DNA of 53,914 nucleotides from Bacteroidota bacterium. Its GTDB lineage: Bacteria > Bacteroidota > Bacteroidia > JABEUT01. The notes beneath the pieces were generated by a model, which searched no databases, was not told the DNA's origin, and saw only the letters and a list, made by a program, of their open reading frames with translations. The stretch spans positions 1 to 53,914 of the forward strand of contig JAKAOA010000004.1 of NCBI GenBank assembly GCA_021823405.1. The letters run 5' to 3'. The position numbers were made by a program, and so were the translations under genes. Of this stretch, positions 8,560-17,592 are shown one piece after another (within the stretch, counting starts at the first letter, position 1; every line of letters begins with the position of its first letter).

Positions 8560-9501
8560 TTACCTGAATATAGCAATGTGTTTTTGCCCTGTGGCATCCA
8601 TCCATCCCCTGAACATGGAAGATGTATTAAAAGGCGTTACAATTGTTCCGTGGTTATCGACTGCAATAAGCCCGCCTTCTCCACCAAGTTGGGCGACTTT
8701 TTTTATAACTTCTGTAGTTGCTTGAACAAGTGAATACCCTTTATATTCGATAAGAGCAGATACATCGTACGCAGAAACATTTCGTATAAAATATTCTCCT
8801 TCGCCGGTACAGGAAACCGCACATGTTTTATTGTTTGCATAAGTGCCTGCACCAATTATAGGTGAATCTCCAATACGTCCGAATTTTTTATTGTTAATAC
8901 CGCCCGTTGAGGTTGCTGCTGCAAGGTTTCCGGCGGAATCAAGCGCTACTGCTCCTACCGTACCAAATTTTTTCCCTTTTATGTCAGAAGGCAGAGCAAT
9001 TTCGTCGCCAGCCCATGAACTGTCTTTGTCTTTGGTCAAAAGCCATTGTTTATGACGCTGTTCATCGTAAAAATAGGAAGTATCAACGATATCAAGTCCC
9101 TGTTCTCCCGCAAATTTCTCCGCACCGGCAGAAGCAAGAAGGATATGCGGGGAGTTATTCATAACTGCTTTTGCTGCAGAAATTGGATTTCGTATTATAT
9201 GGACTTCGGCAACTGCTCCTGCCTTTAAATTCATGCCATTCATTATTGCAGCATCCATCTCATTGATTCCATCCGAGTTAAAGACAGAACCTTTTCCAGC
9301 GTTGAATAATGGACAATCCTCCATGAGCCGCACCGCTGTTTCTACTGCATCTATAGCAGTCCCCCCATGGCTCAATACATGATATCCCGACAAAAGCGAC
9401 TCCGATAATGCGTCATGGTATGCTTTTTCAATTTCAGCAGGTATAGTTCCACTCATAAGAGTACCAGCTCCACCATGAATTGCAATCGCTATATTTCCCA
9501 T
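8560..9501 (-). CDS. iaaA: Isoaspartyl peptidase / plant-type L-asparaginase
   Basis: IAIHGGAG, FNAGKG, GTVGAVA (Thr nucleophile), TSTGG, GRIGDSP, SCTGEGE. Confidence 0.93.
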   Translation of the reverse strand: MGNIAIAIHGGAGTLMSGTIPAEIEKAYHDALSESLLSGYHVLSHGGTAIDAVETAVRLMEDCPLFNAGKGSVFNSDGINEMDAAIMNGMNLKAGAVAEVHIIRNPISAAKAVMNNSPHILLASAGAEKFAGEQGLDIVDTSYFYDEQRHKQWLLTKDKDSSWAGDEIALPSDIKGKKFGTVGAVALDSAGNLAAATSTGGINNKKFGRIGDSPIIGAGTYANNKTCAVSCTGEGEYFIRNVSAYDVSALIEYKGYSLVQATTEVIKKVAQLGGEGGLIAVDNHGTIVTPFNTSSMFRGWMDATGQKHIAIFR

Positions 9502-9671
9502 TATAATTTAAAATACGATTTTTACGAACTTTGTTAATTAGGATTACAAAAAAAAGTATAATTTTTTTAATGATAAAATTTGCCAAAAGTAGAAAATTTA
9601 TTAGTTGCTTTGTTGTCAGAAAAGCGAAAATGAGTTAAACATCCATCGTCGTTAATTGATAGATTGTAAAA

Positions 9672-10475
9672 ATGCAGCCATTATTTCTAATAAACGAGTA
9701 TATACTTTACCTACTAAAGGCGAAGAACGGCGGACATGGTGTTCACTCGGATTTTGTTTTTAAAATTTATGAAAGAGTAATTCGCGAGAACAAGAACTAC
9801 TATGAGTTTCAACCCATTGAACTATTGCGCCTTTCAATGTTAAATTCCGATAATACCATTGAAGTGATTGATTATGGAGCCAAGGGAGGAAATAAAAAAT
9901 TGAATCATGAGAATATAATAAGACGAAAAATAAAGGATATCGCCCGACTCTCATCTGTGACACCTAAGAAAGGTAGACTACTATTCCGACTGGTTAATTT
10001 TATACAACCCAAAGTTATGGTAGAACTTGGCACCTCGCTTGGAATAAGTACTCTATACCAAAGAAAGGCGTGTCCTGAAGCATTATTTTATACTCTGGAA
10101 GGCAGTCCCAGGACGTCGGAAACGGCGGCTGAAAACTTCAACAAGATGAAGGCATCCGGTATCATTCAGATTGTTGGAAACTTTGAGCATACTTTGACGG
10201 AGTTAATTGAGTTGAATCACTCGGTCGATTATGTCTTTTTTGATGGGAATCATCGACTTGAAGCTACTATTGATTATTTTCGGCGATTAATGACTATAGC
10301 ATCAGAAAATACGGTATTCGTTTTCGATGATATACGCTGGAGCCCCGAAATGTATGACGCTTGGAAGATTATTATAAATGAGAACAAAGCTACAGTTACA
10401 GTTGATTTATTTTCAATTGGACTGGTTTTTTTCAGGAAGTTTCAGGAAAAGGAACATTTTGTTCTTCGATTTTGA
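9672..10475 (+). CDS. Class I SAM-dependent methyltransferase (Methyltransf_24-like)
   Basis: HGVHS, VELGTSLGIST, FFDGNH, VFDDIRWS. Confidence 0.88.
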   Translation: MQPLFLINEYILYLLKAKNGGHGVHSDFVFKIYERVIRENKNYYEFQPIELLRLSMLNSDNTIEVIDYGAKGGNKKLNHENIIRRKIKDIARLSSVTPKKGRLLFRLVNFIQPKVMVELGTSLGISTLYQRKACPEALFYTLEGSPRTSETAAENFNKMKASGIIQIVGNFEHTLTELIELNHSVDYVFFDGNHRLEATIDYFRRLMTIASENTVFVFDDIRWSPEMYDAWKIIINENKATVTVDLFSIGLVFFRKFQEKEHFVLRF

Positions 10476-10487
10476 TAGTGAGCCCCC

Positions 10488-11144
10488 CTACTCTAACTCT
10501 AAACTTGGAGAGGGCTTTGTGGTACCTATATCGGTCTTGCCTGACTTGTTCCGTAACACATAAATGCCTGAAAACGTAATAATAGCGGCTACAAGTAGCA
10601 GAAGAACGATATTCTGAACAATTCCCAGATTATCAATTGCGATATTCCAATAGGGAGCAATAAGCCAACCAAAGGTGACTAATCCGCCGCTCCAGGTAAG
10701 AGCAGAAAATGTAACGATTGTTACAAATTTTCGTGGGGTAAACCTTACTATTCCTGCCGCTACTGATACATAACCGCGCAGAAAGGGAGTGAGCCGCCCA
10801 AGAAAAATTCCTAAATACCCACGCCTTTCAACAAGGCGTTTTAACCGAAAAATTGCACCGGATTTAAGCGGAAGCCACTTGGGTTTATGGTTAAAAAGCC
10901 AATTTCCAAAAAAGTAAAACGAGAAAAAAAGGAGGCATGTACCGCTGACATCTGCTATAATAACTGTAATAACAACCCTTATTAGCGAAAGAGAATGGAA
11001 ATATGATAAATATCCCCCGAACATTAATACAAGTTCATTGGTTACTGGATTCGGGACGCCTATTTCTTGTAGGAATACGAGTATAAAAATGGCAATATAA
11101 CCATAGTGTGATACAAATTGGGCAACTTCGTTCAGTTTATCCAT
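10488..11144 (-). CDS. DedA family membrane protein
   Basis: QEIGVPNPVTNELVL, GRLTPFLR, AG motifs, TM helices. Confidence 0.88.
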   Translation of the reverse strand: MDKLNEVAQFVSHYGYIAIFILVFLQEIGVPNPVTNELVLMFGGYLSYFHSLSLIRVVITVIIADVSGTCLLFFSFYFFGNWLFNHKPKWLPLKSGAIFRLKRLVERRGYLGIFLGRLTPFLRGYVSVAAGIVRFTPRKFVTIVTFSALTWSGGLVTFGWLIAPYWNIAIDNLGIVQNIVLLLLVAAIITFSGIYVLRNKSGKTDIGTTKPSPSLELE

Positions 11145-11194
11145 TTAAATATTCTGCGGTTTTGCATTAATAAGAATCAGATGAAACTTTTGTG

Positions 11195-12367
11195 CTATAA
11201 ATTCTTTATCTTTAATCTTTCTTTATCAGACCTATGTTTTGGGTATAACTGCTTTACATTGTCTCCTTTATTGATCAAGCTGTAAAGATTTCTTATCATA
11301 TATTCACTCGACTTCATTACCCACTCCGAATATGAAGAGTTTTCTCCATCAAAATTTTCGATATAATTGAGGAACCTGCTCATATCGAATTTCTTACCAT
11401 ATAGTCCAAGGTTCGTTCTGATTGCGTCCTGTGAATTGCAGAATTGTTCATAATGACCTTCTACTGGCACCATAAATACCGGTTTGCCCATGTACATTGC
11501 CTCGTTAACGGACTCGAAACCGGATGTAGTGACTACGCCCTTCGCGTTAGCCATCAGAGATAAGAATTTTTTATCATTCAAACGGTGAAAGGTCAAAGTA
11601 TTGTCGAACTGTTCCGACTCATTTAAGTCCTTCTTGTCCGTAAAGCAATGTAATTCCGTTTCGGGATGTCGCTTATGCCATTCGATAATGTCTTCCATAT
11701 AACCGCTGTTGAGCAAATAAATGAGCAGATAATTTTCCTTCCCAGTATGGTAGTTCAACACTTCCTTGCGCAGGAGAGGCGGCACCACATAAATTGCTTT
11801 GCGGGTATCGTCGTTGAAAGGATAAAATGATAAAGCCAGGCGTTTGGTTGAACCGATTGATGTAAGCCAAATATAAAATTTAAGACTTGCCCGTGAAATG
11901 AGATGTCCTTTCGGCATTTTAAAATCTGAATGGAGGAACATATAATGGTGAGCCACAGAAACTATTGGTATCTTCGGGTTAAAAGCCATAAAGTAAAAGC
12001 CGCAAAGAGGTTCAAAAAAATTGATTATAATATCAGGTTTATGCTCTTTGACTTTTTGGTGAATTATACTTAAACTCCTAAAATACTTGGGCAACATGTA
12101 AGTGCTCTTAATTGAGGTCGCTAGTGGTTTAACTTTTTTATTTTTTCTATCCAAAGCCATGTTCGGGCTGTGAACACTTGTAACTGGTACGTTCATTCTT
12201 TCAGCATAAAATGAAGGGATGTCACGGTGACCGCTTTTTCCTATAATCACTTCGCACACCTTCATGCCCACATCTTCCAGAACTTGCTTCATGGAGATGG
12301 ATTGGGTCATGTGCCCGCGTCCTTCACCTTGCACAAGGAAAAGGCACTTTTTATTTTGCAAGTCCAT
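11195..12367 (-). CDS. Glycosyltransferase, MJ1255/VC2487 (GT-B) family
   Basis: VQGEGRGH, DIIINFFEP, TTSGFESVNEAMYMGKP, GHYEQFCN. Confidence 0.85.
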   Translation of the reverse strand: MDLQNKKCLFLVQGEGRGHMTQSISMKQVLEDVGMKVCEVIIGKSGHRDIPSFYAERMNVPVTSVHSPNMALDRKNKKVKPLATSIKSTYMLPKYFRSLSIIHQKVKEHKPDIIINFFEPLCGFYFMAFNPKIPIVSVAHHYMFLHSDFKMPKGHLISRASLKFYIWLTSIGSTKRLALSFYPFNDDTRKAIYVVPPLLRKEVLNYHTGKENYLLIYLLNSGYMEDIIEWHKRHPETELHCFTDKKDLNESEQFDNTLTFHRLNDKKFLSLMANAKGVVTTSGFESVNEAMYMGKPVFMVPVEGHYEQFCNSQDAIRTNLGLYGKKFDMSRFLNYIENFDGENSSYSEWVMKSSEYMIRNLYSLINKGDNVKQLYPKHRSDKERLKIKNL

Positions 12368-12420
12368 TATTTCGCTTCTATTTCAGGTTTACCGGAATAT
12401 TCTTTATCAATTAAGACGAA

Positions 12421-12489
12421 CAAAGATAATAAAAGGTTCGGCGTGACCTATCCTAATTAACAAAAACGTAATAAATATTTCATAATGTA
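12421..12489 (-). promoter_or_regulatory. Promoter (-7 TATCTTTG) with three upstream 11-bp-period repeats
   Basis: CAAAGATA at 12421-12428; TTAAC, GTAAT and TTCAT at 12457, 12468 and 12479 on the + strand. Confidence 0.4.
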
Positions 12490-12625
12490 TAGATGAAGGA
12501 TGGTTGGTATAATCTATAATTACCGTATGTTAGAAATTAATGCCATAGAGAGAAATAACAACACCCAATCTGTTCTATTATTAATAGCTTACAATTTCCT
12601 TTCCTGCTCCTTATTTTGCATTATA

Positions 12626-14143
12626 CTAGAGGTGATATGTGATTCCAGCAATAACTGAATAAAAGTATGGGTAGGTAATAACAGGGGTGTTCGAGTTTAT
12701 GGGCGTTATGGCTCCTTCTATTTCCGGTTCAGCTAATATTGAAAAACCTCTTCCTAAAGAATAATTTATGCCAACGCCAAACGAATACCCGAGTTGAATA
12801 GAATTTAATCCTTGCATGCCCTGTACATTTGATTCACCATCCTGCAGCATAGTATTTTGCCAATACATTTCAGTACTTTGATAAACAGCCAGATTTGCAG
12901 ATACCCCGCCAATAATGAACATTTTCATTTTCCGTTTCGAATATAAATCGTATGCCAATTGCAGCGGAATACATAGATACCCCCTTGCTGAACTACCTCT
13001 TATTTTTATACTGTCTCCAAGTCGTGGGGTATTCACGGGATATGGGCAATTCACTAATCCGGTACTCGTTTCAACAGAGTATCCGATTGTACCGTTTTCC
13101 TGTTGGGATGCGTATACCACAATTTGCTTAATATTATAAGTGAATAGATTATAATATGCTCCCGTATAAACAGTAAATTTAGGCGAAATATCCAATCCTA
13201 ATCTAAAACCTGTACTGCATGCGAAGGGGTCGCTTTCCATAGCACTTACATTCCTTGGGTTCCCTTTAATCTCCATCTCGGCGTTTCCGTCATTTAGATA
13301 ATCGTCTGCAATGGCGGGCGCAAAATATGCAGAAATTGATAACTTATGTATGAGTTGAATTTTATGTCCCGGCTCCTTGGAAATGGGAGCTATTGTAGTT
13401 GAATCTGTTAAACTTCTTTTGGAATAAACTTTAATCGACGATTCCGAATTTGTCATTTTATTTAGCGGAGTTGTATCGTTTATAACAAGAGCCGACACAG
13501 TATCACTTAGATTCCTGTTGTCCCGGACGACATTTTTCACAGTACTGTTAAGTTGAGAGGTTTTATAGTCGTTTGCATTTAAATTAGCAAGAGTATTATT
13601 TAACTGGTCATTGTTACCGTTATTTCCCGATAATAGAATAAATGGTTTGAAAGAAGACATCGTATTTTTTTGCATGATTTTGTATGTTGTCCCGGGTGTG
13701 CTTATGGCAGTAGTTTCTTCAATAAGCTTATTTATTCCAACGGAATGCGAGATTTTACTACTTTTAATCATACCATTGTTTGCGGGATAATGGATACTAT
13801 TTTGAGATTGCGGTGAGGTGACTTCATTTTGACGTTGCTGTTTACTCTGGAGTATATTAAGTTCCGCCAGTCCATTTTCCAAATTCCGAATTTTTGAATC
13901 AGAAATGTATTGATGTAAAATTGAAAATGCAAGGATTACACCTAAAAAAACTGCGACAGACCTCCAGAGAATCACTTGCCGCCTGTTAATGCTCCTTTCC
14001 TTATCAATTATGTTATTCAGTGCGGAATTCCAGAATTTTCCGGAAGGTTCAATTTCAAAAGAATTGAACGCAGCGCCAAATATTTCCTTTTCAGGGTCGG
14101 TATCAGGAAAATTTTCTTTCACGGGATTCGTTCTTTTGTGCAA
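12626..14143 (-). CDS. Putative anti-sigma factor with N-terminal TM helix, low-complexity linker and C-terminal outer-membrane beta-barrel
   Basis: FEIEPSGKFWN N-terminal motif, TM helix WRSVAVFLGVILAFSIL, N/S/T-rich linker, barrel strands YLCIPLQL, GVGINY and AGITYHL; overlaps the 3' end of the sigma gene. Confidence 0.75.
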   Translation of the reverse strand: MHKRTNPVKENFPDTDPEKEIFGAAFNSFEIEPSGKFWNSALNNIIDKERSINRRQVILWRSVAVFLGVILAFSILHQYISDSKIRNLENGLAELNILQSKQQRQNEVTSPQSQNSIHYPANNGMIKSSKISHSVGINKLIEETTAISTPGTTYKIMQKNTMSSFKPFILLSGNNGNNDQLNNTLANLNANDYKTSQLNSTVKNVVRDNRNLSDTVSALVINDTTPLNKMTNSESSIKVYSKRSLTDSTTIAPISKEPGHKIQLIHKLSISAYFAPAIADDYLNDGNAEMEIKGNPRNVSAMESDPFACSTGFRLGLDISPKFTVYTGAYYNLFTYNIKQIVVYASQQENGTIGYSVETSTGLVNCPYPVNTPRLGDSIKIRGSSARGYLCIPLQLAYDLYSKRKMKMFIIGGVSANLAVYQSTEMYWQNTMLQDGESNVQGMQGLNSIQLGYSFGVGINYSLGRGFSILAEPEIEGAITPINSNTPVITYPYFYSVIAGITYHL

Positions 14144-14684
14144 CTAACATGCTTTGATTTATTTTTCTCCGGAGAGTCAATCGGGCGTAATAAAGGGTTG
14201 ATTTGGAAGTTCCGACAGGTATGGTTAATTTTTCAGCTATTTCGTTATGGTCCATGTTTTCGAAAATATAAAGGTTGAAGACAATTCTGTGCATTGTTGG
14301 GAGTTCGTCTATAAATGCAAGCAGGTCTTTTACAGAAAGGGTAGCCAAAACGTCATCTGTAGATGGTAATTTTTCCGCAAGGTCTTCAATATCGGTGACC
14401 GGAAAAATACGCATTTCTTTTCTGCAACTTTCTATTGCCCTGCTCACCATAATGCGTCTTACCCATCCTTCAAAGGAGCCCTTATGGCTAAACTGCGATA
14501 TTTTGGTAAAAACAGTTAAAAATCCCTCTTGTAAAATATCCTCCGCATCTTCTATATTTTTTGCGTAACGGCGGCACACCCCAAGCATTTTTGCAGCATA
14601 ACGCCTGTATAGCAGACGCTGTGCTACCGGATCGCCCTGAAGACACCCATTAATTATTTCACTTTCTGAATATTCGGATGACAT
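14103..14684 (-). CDS. ECF RNA polymerase sigma-70 factor
   Basis: DAEDILQEGF, GSFEGWVRRI, EIAEKLTIPVGTSKS. Confidence 0.93.
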   Translation of the reverse strand: MSSEYSESEIINGCLQGDPVAQRLLYRRYAAKMLGVCRRYAKNIEDAEDILQEGFLTVFTKISQFSHKGSFEGWVRRIMVSRAIESCRKEMRIFPVTDIEDLAEKLPSTDDVLATLSVKDLLAFIDELPTMHRIVFNLYIFENMDHNEIAEKLTIPVGTSKSTLYYARLTLRRKINQSMLVAQKNESRERKFS

Positions 14685-14693
14685 TATATATGT

Positions 14694-14720
14694 AGACGTA
14701 TTTTTTAACTCAACGGTTCA
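14694..14720 (-). promoter_or_regulatory. Putative ECF-sigma autoregulatory promoter
   Basis: Minus strand reads TGAACC-N16-CGTCT, ending 9 nt before the sigma ATG; fits the generic ECF AAC/CGT pattern. Confidence 0.6.
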
Positions 14721-14999
14721 AAGCTACCTAATAAAATGTTTTCCCTGATAAAGTTTGAAATAGGTTTAGCAATAACTTGAATAACTTACGGCTAATTTTA
14801 CAAACTAATAAACTATTGTTAAAAAAGAGCGATTTTTATATGGTTAATTCTATTTTGTTGTATATTAGCACTTTAGTTTGTACGCGTTGCATTTGCAGAA
14901 TACGGTTAATACCTGTAATACTTACAAAAAACGCTCTGTAAAATAGAATTCAGAGTAAAAAATATAACTCATCTATTCTCATAAACTTAGCGGTTGAAA

Positions 15000-17528
15000 A
15001 TGCGAAAAATTATCCTTTACTTGGTAATCTTTTTCTGTACCGTGGGTTGGAATCGTGCTAGCGCACAGAACATTTGCAGTTGCTGGCAAAACGTAGATAC
15101 CAATAACGGCTGGCATGTTGTACCCTTTGCGTGGGACAGCGACGGTAATTATGCCCCATCTCCTCCACTCTATCAAAATGACGATGGCGTTACAAATGCA
15201 ATCCACCTGCCGTTCAATTTCTGCTATTTCGGGCAAAGTTTTGATTCGGTGTTCATAAATAATAACGGTAATATCTCGTTTCTTCAACCCTATTCAAGCT
15301 TTAACCCTGCCGGATTCCCCCTTGTCGGATGGTTGATGATAGCCCCCTTCTGGGCTGATGTGGATACGCGTAATCCTGTTTCCGGAGTGGTCTATTACAA
15401 AATTACTCCTACCTATATGATTGTACAGTGGGATACAGTTGGATTTTTTAACATGAACGCCTATCGGCGGAACTCCTTTCAGGTAATAATCAGTAATGGA
15501 CACGATCCGATTATTCCCAATGGAAATAATGTTGAATTTTGCTACGATACAATGCAATGGACTACAGGCGATGCCTCCAACGGCGATTCGGGTTTCGATG
15601 GCAACCCCGCCGATCCTGCCACGGTGGGTGCGAATGCCGGTAACGGTATAAACTATATCCAGTTCGGATTGTTCGGGGTTGGCGGCGCCAACTACCTGGG
15701 GCAGTATCCTCCATTACCTTACGATGGCGTTTCATGGCTTAATGGCAGAACCTTTGTTTTTAATGTATGCGGCAGCCCGCCGCCAATAGAATCGGGAGTT
15801 ACTGCCTGCGATACCTTCAAGATATGCATGGGCGATACAGTCGATATACCTCTAATGTTTCTTTCACCCAACCAGAATGATACAACCAGATCCGGCTTAA
15901 GTCCACCCGTTCTCTCGGGAGTAAGTATTATTAAAAATAATCCCGGAATTACAGATTCCCTCGAAATACAGATAGTGGGTAACGCTTTTAATGTCGGAAC
16001 TCACATTATACACCTATACGGTTATGTCTCCAATGTTAATCCGCATGACACTTCTTTTGTACAATTTGTTCTACAAGTGGATTCAGGCGCTACCGGGCAT
16101 ATAGTAGCCAGTGCCGATACCATCTGTACAGGATCGAGCGTAACTATCAAAGCCGTCTCCAACGCCAGCAGTTATTTGTGGAGCAATGGAAGCACCATCG
16201 ACAGCATTGTGGTTTCGCCTCTTGTAACCACAACTTACAGCGTGCAACTTTCAAAAGGAACCTGTCAATCTAACTTACAATTCACAGTAGTGGTTCTCGC
16301 AAGCGTGAGCGGCAGCTTTACTCCGGCGCCGAATCCGCAGTGCGCAGGACGCCTTGTGATTTTTACCAACAACACGGTTGGGGCTAATGCCTACAGATGG
16401 AATTTTGGCGATACCTTATCGGGACCCGCTGACAGCTCATCGCTTCAGAACCCTTCGCACACATTCGACTCCGCAGGTACATATACGGTAACTCTTATTG
16501 CAAGAAATACAGGGGGCGGTTGCAAGATAGATACTGCCGTTCAGGTGGTTACTATCGTTGCCAATCCTAAAGCTGCAATTACGGCAAGTAAAGATTCGAT
16601 TTGTATCGGAGACAGTTCCGTTTTAACAGCAAGCGGCGGCAGCGCCTATTTATGGGAACCCGGTATGCAAAATTCCCAGATTATATCAGTTATGCCTAAT
16701 TCGACCAGCACGTATACCGTAGTAGTAAGCAACGGGAATTGCTCCGACAGCGCGAGAATTACTGTTTTTGCAGAAAAAACGCCCGTGGTAAGCAACCCCG
16801 CCCCTGCCGAACTGTGCCCAGGCGGTAATGTGCAACTTGCGGTAAATGTGCTTTGGGGAACTAACTTTTTGTGGTCGCCAAATCTTGATTTGACTTCGGA
16901 TAGTGTTTCAAATCCGTTTGCCAATCCTCCTTCCACAACAACCTATTCCCTTACCGTTACAAACGGACCCTGCGTGGCTTACGGATATGCTACCGTAATT
17001 GTACTTCCGGGCGCTGCCGGGGTTGCCGGAAACGACACCACTATATTGAGCGGGGGTACGGCGAATCTTTTTGTTAATTCTCCCCAGGGAGGACAAAGGT
17101 ATAAATGGATACCATCCGGCGGTGTTGCCTGCGATACCTGCCCCAACACAACAGCTAACCCCAAAACCACACAGTTATATCTCGTAATTGTTACCGACAC
17201 CGACGGCTGTACAATCACTGACAGTGTGCTTGTTAAGGTTAAGGAAGAATGTCCTGAATTATTCGTGCCCACTGCTTTTTCTCCCACCAGCGGCGCATCT
17301 GCCAATCAATCGGAATGCGTTTTTGGCGGATGTATCCAAAGCTTATATTTTGCCATTTACGACCGTTGGGGCAATAAAGTTTTTGAAACCACCGACCAAA
17401 CAAAATGTTGGGATGGTACCTTCAACGGTACAGCTATGAACACAGGGGAGTTTGTTTACTATCTTAACGCAACTTTAACCAATGGTAAGAACGTTAATCA
17501 GAAAGGGAACATAACCTTAATTAGGTAA
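15000..17528 (+). CDS. T9SS type B cargo: NIDO-like domain, PKD and Ig-like repeats, gliding-motility-associated CTD
   Basis: Signal peptide; NDD, LPFNF, INNNGNISF, IAPFWADVDTR (NIDO); WNFGD/NPSHTF (PKD); PTAFSP and IYDRWG...WDG CTD. Confidence 0.85.
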   Translation: MRKIILYLVIFFCTVGWNRASAQNICSCWQNVDTNNGWHVVPFAWDSDGNYAPSPPLYQNDDGVTNAIHLPFNFCYFGQSFDSVFINNNGNISFLQPYSSFNPAGFPLVGWLMIAPFWADVDTRNPVSGVVYYKITPTYMIVQWDTVGFFNMNAYRRNSFQVIISNGHDPIIPNGNNVEFCYDTMQWTTGDASNGDSGFDGNPADPATVGANAGNGINYIQFGLFGVGGANYLGQYPPLPYDGVSWLNGRTFVFNVCGSPPPIESGVTACDTFKICMGDTVDIPLMFLSPNQNDTTRSGLSPPVLSGVSIIKNNPGITDSLEIQIVGNAFNVGTHIIHLYGYVSNVNPHDTSFVQFVLQVDSGATGHIVASADTICTGSSVTIKAVSNASSYLWSNGSTIDSIVVSPLVTTTYSVQLSKGTCQSNLQFTVVVLASVSGSFTPAPNPQCAGRLVIFTNNTVGANAYRWNFGDTLSGPADSSSLQNPSHTFDSAGTYTVTLIARNTGGGCKIDTAVQVVTIVANPKAAITASKDSICIGDSSVLTASGGSAYLWEPGMQNSQIISVMPNSTSTYTVVVSNGNCSDSARITVFAEKTPVVSNPAPAELCPGGNVQLAVNVLWGTNFLWSPNLDLTSDSVSNPFANPPSTTTYSLTVTNGPCVAYGYATVIVLPGAAGVAGNDTTILSGGTANLFVNSPQGGQRYKWIPSGGVACDTCPNTTANPKTTQLYLVIVTDTDGCTITDSVLVKVKEECPELFVPTAFSPTSGASANQSECVFGGCIQSLYFAIYDRWGNKVFETTDQTKCWDGTFNGTAMNTGEFVYYLNATLTNGKNVNQKGNITLIR

Positions 17529-17592
17529 TTGCTGTATCTAATCCAGCCGATAATATGATATTTGCCTCCTTTAAGAATAAAATGAAACTGAA

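Noticed and set aside
10481-10515. Degenerate copy of the GGAGAGGG hairpin at the dedA 3' end
   Set aside because: Only the GGAGAGGGC word matches and the stem is poor.
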